DNA from: an uncultured Candidatus Saccharibacteria bacterium
GTDB lineage: Bacteria > Patescibacteriota > Saccharimonadia > Saccharimonadales > Saccharimonadaceae
Assembly (NCBI GenBank): GCA_963456245.1
Contig: CAUOKV010000002.1
Location: 55,731 to 119,730 of the forward strand
Direction of reading: 5' to 3'
Length of the DNA: 64,000 bases
In this document: piece after piece, positions 61,501-64,000 of the stretch
Layout of the letters: each line of letters opens with the position of its first letter
How positions within the stretch are numbered: the stretch's first letter is position 1
Notes under the pieces: generated by a model
Told to the model about the DNA's origin: nothing
Databases searched by the model: none
The model's input: the letters and a program-made list of their open reading frames with translations, nothing else
Position numbers and translations under genes: made by a program

Positions 61501-61678
61501 CCCCTTTGAGCCATTCGGCAAAGGTCATAGCCATCTCACCTATCTTTGACCTGAGCGATGGTGGTCTTAGTGTATCAGCTTTAGCCGGCTCTTCCTTAGT
61601 AGCCGGTTCCCAACCGTCATCCCATCCACCATTTGGCGTATGACCATGCTGCTCTTGCCCCGCTTTTTCGTGTCTCAT
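58571..61678 (-). CDS. Large acidic protein, paralog 2
   Basis: 1035 aa, colinear with paralog 1, same C-terminal motifs. Confidence 0.75.
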   Translation of the reverse strand: MRHEKAGQEQHGHTPNGGWDDGWEPATKEEPAKADTLRPPSLRSKIGEMAMTFAEWLKGESTDKSDRPPDDQNNSDTTAAAQSSEARWSKPDDRNSSDATVTEKSKDNITSLSELIETTLTPEQQQEVRQTAAGLTKAIVKDDQPASEELVEKLTAMEQPVRDCAIKEVLFWTQLKYTDEAKARFARPISRVTQLLIDHQLFLENYDGLAKTTISFLEDLPHSYIDVDEAPYAYFVNGALNDRQVGQQIKLELAKKKFNYKIDGIAQDIILGCFTEHKRDTKNLAEFARGLKNIGYDVASSDAFLRKCISFSIIDDDHPEELYLQDNLYRAGLINDDNIGRLYYQLLKEDLPPSDHRPELEYAISLDLCPESEVTKYWRQLQITRSFGVTSPADNNFVTHRDIDSFRSLWIYTSSNPRRPESELYKHFKNGIPDQSYYDQLAGSPLLCNDDKAVEFAIKCLPNMPLTPEILDMLGDGQKKALDIYHEWAQKGALMSFAKSIDTSSITTSDELAELSQRVGSFLDKYPLADLTDRKSVIDAHVQGKDAVLGEEYFGDLVLYNCHADQLLSAMDEESIKQVRQHLDTLSRFNLFDGDRPRMVNCAVLAEEHQEARQLFSELASVDQLDGDVRDSLNLVLQTRNPYGIKTVEELRSYRAVIAERATGDLVSDDVRDAYKAISFIMLSDFDGCNTACFDLETLRRRQVLTSDDEAVIDLFRKVDPRNFGFEYDEELREYVPVHHDDWDAVEFEYDERQKEYVSSDSVATNGMATEKILQAIAESPLCVPVEDESGVAKITKLEGAGADLANKLRHYIIDDWNKSLINLEATGEGIEHLTIEEGNPNGAIEVVKLTGAPFKMLSHTIYGHYNRPDVFHSLINDPSVWNTAQGSATVSTSCIDEKHCGNYLWMGSREDSRVLLGFNHIQPGGIVAMAPHDGYLHGSLDLKMFDVRFTTCDELMHQYDQVAHSIHCNYNEVGLSRISSEPGARNGRLQPSHIIVHGSSTDDINENSKKFARYFGVPITLIDDEAYHKKYNVE

Positions 61679-61782
61679 TTATATCGTCCCTATTTTGGTG
61701 CTATCAATATAATAACACAAGCAATTTACCGAGCTAGTTTACGCAGCTTGTTAGACCGGAGTTAGCCGGCAAAGGAAACGTT

Positions 61783-64000
61783 TCAGTCCGGCTCGACATT
61801 ATACTTCTTACGGTAGGCCTCGTCATCGATCAGAGTAATTGGCACATCAAAATACCTAGCAAACTTCTTACTGTTCTCATTGATGTCATTAATGCCGGAG
61901 CCGTGAACGATGATGTGCGATGGCTGTAAGCGGCCATTCCTCGCCCCGGGCTCACTCGACATGCGAGAGAGACCGACTTCGTTGTAGCGTTGGTTCATAT
62001 CAAGATAGAAACTGATTTTGTCGAATTGCTGCATCAATTGGTCACAGGTGGTAAATAGAACGCCGCCCATTTCCAGCTTCAAGCCGCCTCGCAAGTAGCC
62101 GTCACTCGGTGCCATGGCGGCGATACCGCTGGGCTGAATATGATTGAAGCCCAGTAGTACCCGAGTGCTTGGGTCGGCACCCGACTGTAGATAGTTGTCA
62201 TAACACTCCTCGTCGATGCAGCTGGTCGAAATAGTCGAGGAGCCTTGGGCGGTATTCCAGACGCTAGGATCGTCTATGAGAGCATTATAAATATTGGGGC
62301 GATTGTAGTATTCGTAGATGGTGTGGCTGAGCATCTTGAAAGGAGCGCCGGTCAGCTTAATCACTTTAAGAGCTTTGCCAGGATCGTCCTCGTCTATGGT
62401 GAAATGCTCTACCCCCTCGCCTGTCGCCTCTAGGTCGATCAACGATTTATTCCAGTCGTCGGTGATGTAATGGCGGAGCTTACTAATCAGGTCAGAAGCC
62501 GAGCCTTCGATCTTAGTGATCTTGGCTACACCGCTCTCGTCCTCAACCGGTATACAGAGAGGTGAGCCGGCAATGATCTGAAGTAGCCTCTCGGTAGCCT
62601 TGCCATTATATACATCGCTCTCATCAGAGCCTTCCGCTGGTACATATTGATCATGCTGGCTATCGTATTCAAGTCCGAAGTTAGTCGGGTGAACCTGGCG
62701 GAATAGTTCTATCACCGCCTCGTCGTCTGCGGTCAAGACCTGGTGCTGGCGAAGTGCCTCTAGGTCAAAGCAGCTCAGGTCATAACCGTCGAAGTCGGCT
62801 AGCATGATGAAGGATATGGCTCGACAGGCATCCCCGACGTAGTCGCTGGTCAGGTCGCTAGTCGCTCGCTCGGCGATAACCGCTCGATAATTCTTCAGCT
62901 CTTCGACCGACTTGATGTTGTACTGGTTGTGTGTCCGCAAGACTAGATTAAGGCTATTACGAGTAGCTTCATCAAGCTCGTCGACCGTGGCCAGTTCATC
63001 AAAGAGTTGGCTACTATCACCAAGGTTTTCGGTCAGTACAGCGTAGTTCACCATCCTGGCTCGGTCGCCGTCAAATAGATCAAAGCGGCTCAGTGTATCT
63101 AGATGCCGGCGCAGCTGCTTGATAGTTTCGTCGTCCATTGTGCTAATCTCTCGGTCGGCACCGCTATCGTACATGACTAGGTCGCCGAAGTATTCTTCAC
63201 CCAGTATGGCATCCTTGCCCTTAATGTGAGCGTCAATGACTTGACTTCTGTCAACCAAGCACGCCAGAGGGTACTTACCGAGGAAGTCATCTGCCTTGCG
63301 ACTCAAGTCAACGAGACGATTAATGTCGATGTCGCTTGGCTGCGCTAGCTCAAAGAAGGTGTAAGATGCTCCTTTTTGTTCCCACTCTTGATATAGGTCT
63401 AGTGATTTTATTTGAGACGATCCCAGCAAGCTACGCACCTCCGGCACCAATGGCATATCTGCTAGACAGAATATGAAATCAGCAGTTTTATCGTTATCGG
63501 TTAGCGCAGGCTTGCCTTTTAATCGCTTAAAATACCGTCGATCAGGAACACCTTCCTTGAAATACTTATCTATATCATAGTTATCAGTTTGGCGGTCGAC
63601 TTTTTCAAGCAAAGATCGGAAAGAAAGTATATCCCACTCGGAGATTACACCGTCTTCGGACGGTGATACAGTCCCATATAGACTTGTTCTCCGGAACTGC
63701 CGCCAGTACTTCGTCACCTCCGAATCAGGGCAGATGTTAAGAGAAATACCGTGCAGTGCGCTACACTCAGTCATGCCTGCTTGACAGCTTTTGGCCAGTT
63801 TATAGTACAAGTGCTTGATATTGTCGTCATTGATCAGCCCCGCTTGATAGAGATTCTCCTGCAGAGGTGTCGTACCCTGGCGGAAATCGTCAATGAAACT
63901 ATTTTCAATGCAACTATCAATGAAGAAATCATTCGTAGCTATATCGATACCAACATTTTCCAAGCCCTTAACGAAGGCGACCAGGTTCTTCGTGTCACGG
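61783..64000 (-). CDS. Large acidic protein, paralog 3 (5' end beyond window)
   Basis: Frame open to window end (RDTKNLVAFVKGLENVG matches paralogs); same C-terminal motifs. Confidence 0.75.
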   Translation of the reverse strand, partial: RDTKNLVAFVKGLENVGIDIATNDFFIDSCIENSFIDDFRQGTTPLQENLYQAGLINDDNIKHLYYKLAKSCQAGMTECSALHGISLNICPDSEVTKYWRQFRRTSLYGTVSPSEDGVISEWDILSFRSLLEKVDRQTDNYDIDKYFKEGVPDRRYFKRLKGKPALTDNDKTADFIFCLADMPLVPEVRSLLGSSQIKSLDLYQEWEQKGASYTFFELAQPSDIDINRLVDLSRKADDFLGKYPLACLVDRSQVIDAHIKGKDAILGEEYFGDLVMYDSGADREISTMDDETIKQLRRHLDTLSRFDLFDGDRARMVNYAVLTENLGDSSQLFDELATVDELDEATRNSLNLVLRTHNQYNIKSVEELKNYRAVIAERATSDLTSDYVGDACRAISFIMLADFDGYDLSCFDLEALRQHQVLTADDEAVIELFRQVHPTNFGLEYDSQHDQYVPAEGSDESDVYNGKATERLLQIIAGSPLCIPVEDESGVAKITKIEGSASDLISKLRHYITDDWNKSLIDLEATGEGVEHFTIDEDDPGKALKVIKLTGAPFKMLSHTIYEYYNRPNIYNALIDDPSVWNTAQGSSTISTSCIDEECYDNYLQSGADPSTRVLLGFNHIQPSGIAAMAPSDGYLRGGLKLEMGGVLFTTCDQLMQQFDKISFYLDMNQRYNEVGLSRMSSEPGARNGRLQPSHIIVHGSGINDINENSKKFARYFDVPITLIDDEAYRKKYNVEPD

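Overview
Bacterial chromosome segment using standard code 11. The gene content (sortase with a Tyr/Gln-rich N-terminal extension, PEGA protein, DUF2207 paralogs, DHH, UvrD-nuclease) suggests a host-associated Saccharibacteria (TM7/CPR) genome; the taxonomy is inference. Core genes include der, dus, UvrD-PD(D/E)XK helicase, an RlmD-type methyltransferase, pullulanase, alpha-glucan phosphorylase, ackA, tgt, cysS, nrnA-like, tRNA-Leu(TAA) and tRNA-Gln(TTG). Accessory features: (1) a ~5.3 kb AT-richer defence island at the 3' end of tRNA-Leu, with a decayed serine recombinase, a CcrM/HinfI-like MTase plus HpyAIV-like REase, a 3-TM protein paired with a ThsB-like TIR protein (Thoeris-like, no ThsA), a second MTase next to an apparently deleted partner gene, two highly structured non-coding elements and signs of an internal inversion; (2) an AT-rich head-to-head second copy of an ABC/FtsX module followed by a secreted, two-repeat, 4-Cys, aromatic-rich miniprotein; (3) an Rrf2-YhgE/Pip operon with a tandem operator; (4) tandem paralog arrays: at least three DUF2207 genes, and at least three ~1000-aa proteins with a conserved C-terminal H...STS...NE domain resembling ADP-ribosyltransferase folds and showing mosaic identity. 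Many genes appear leaderless (extended -10 box 6-10 nt before the start codon). Family names are from motif recognition only; no searches were run.
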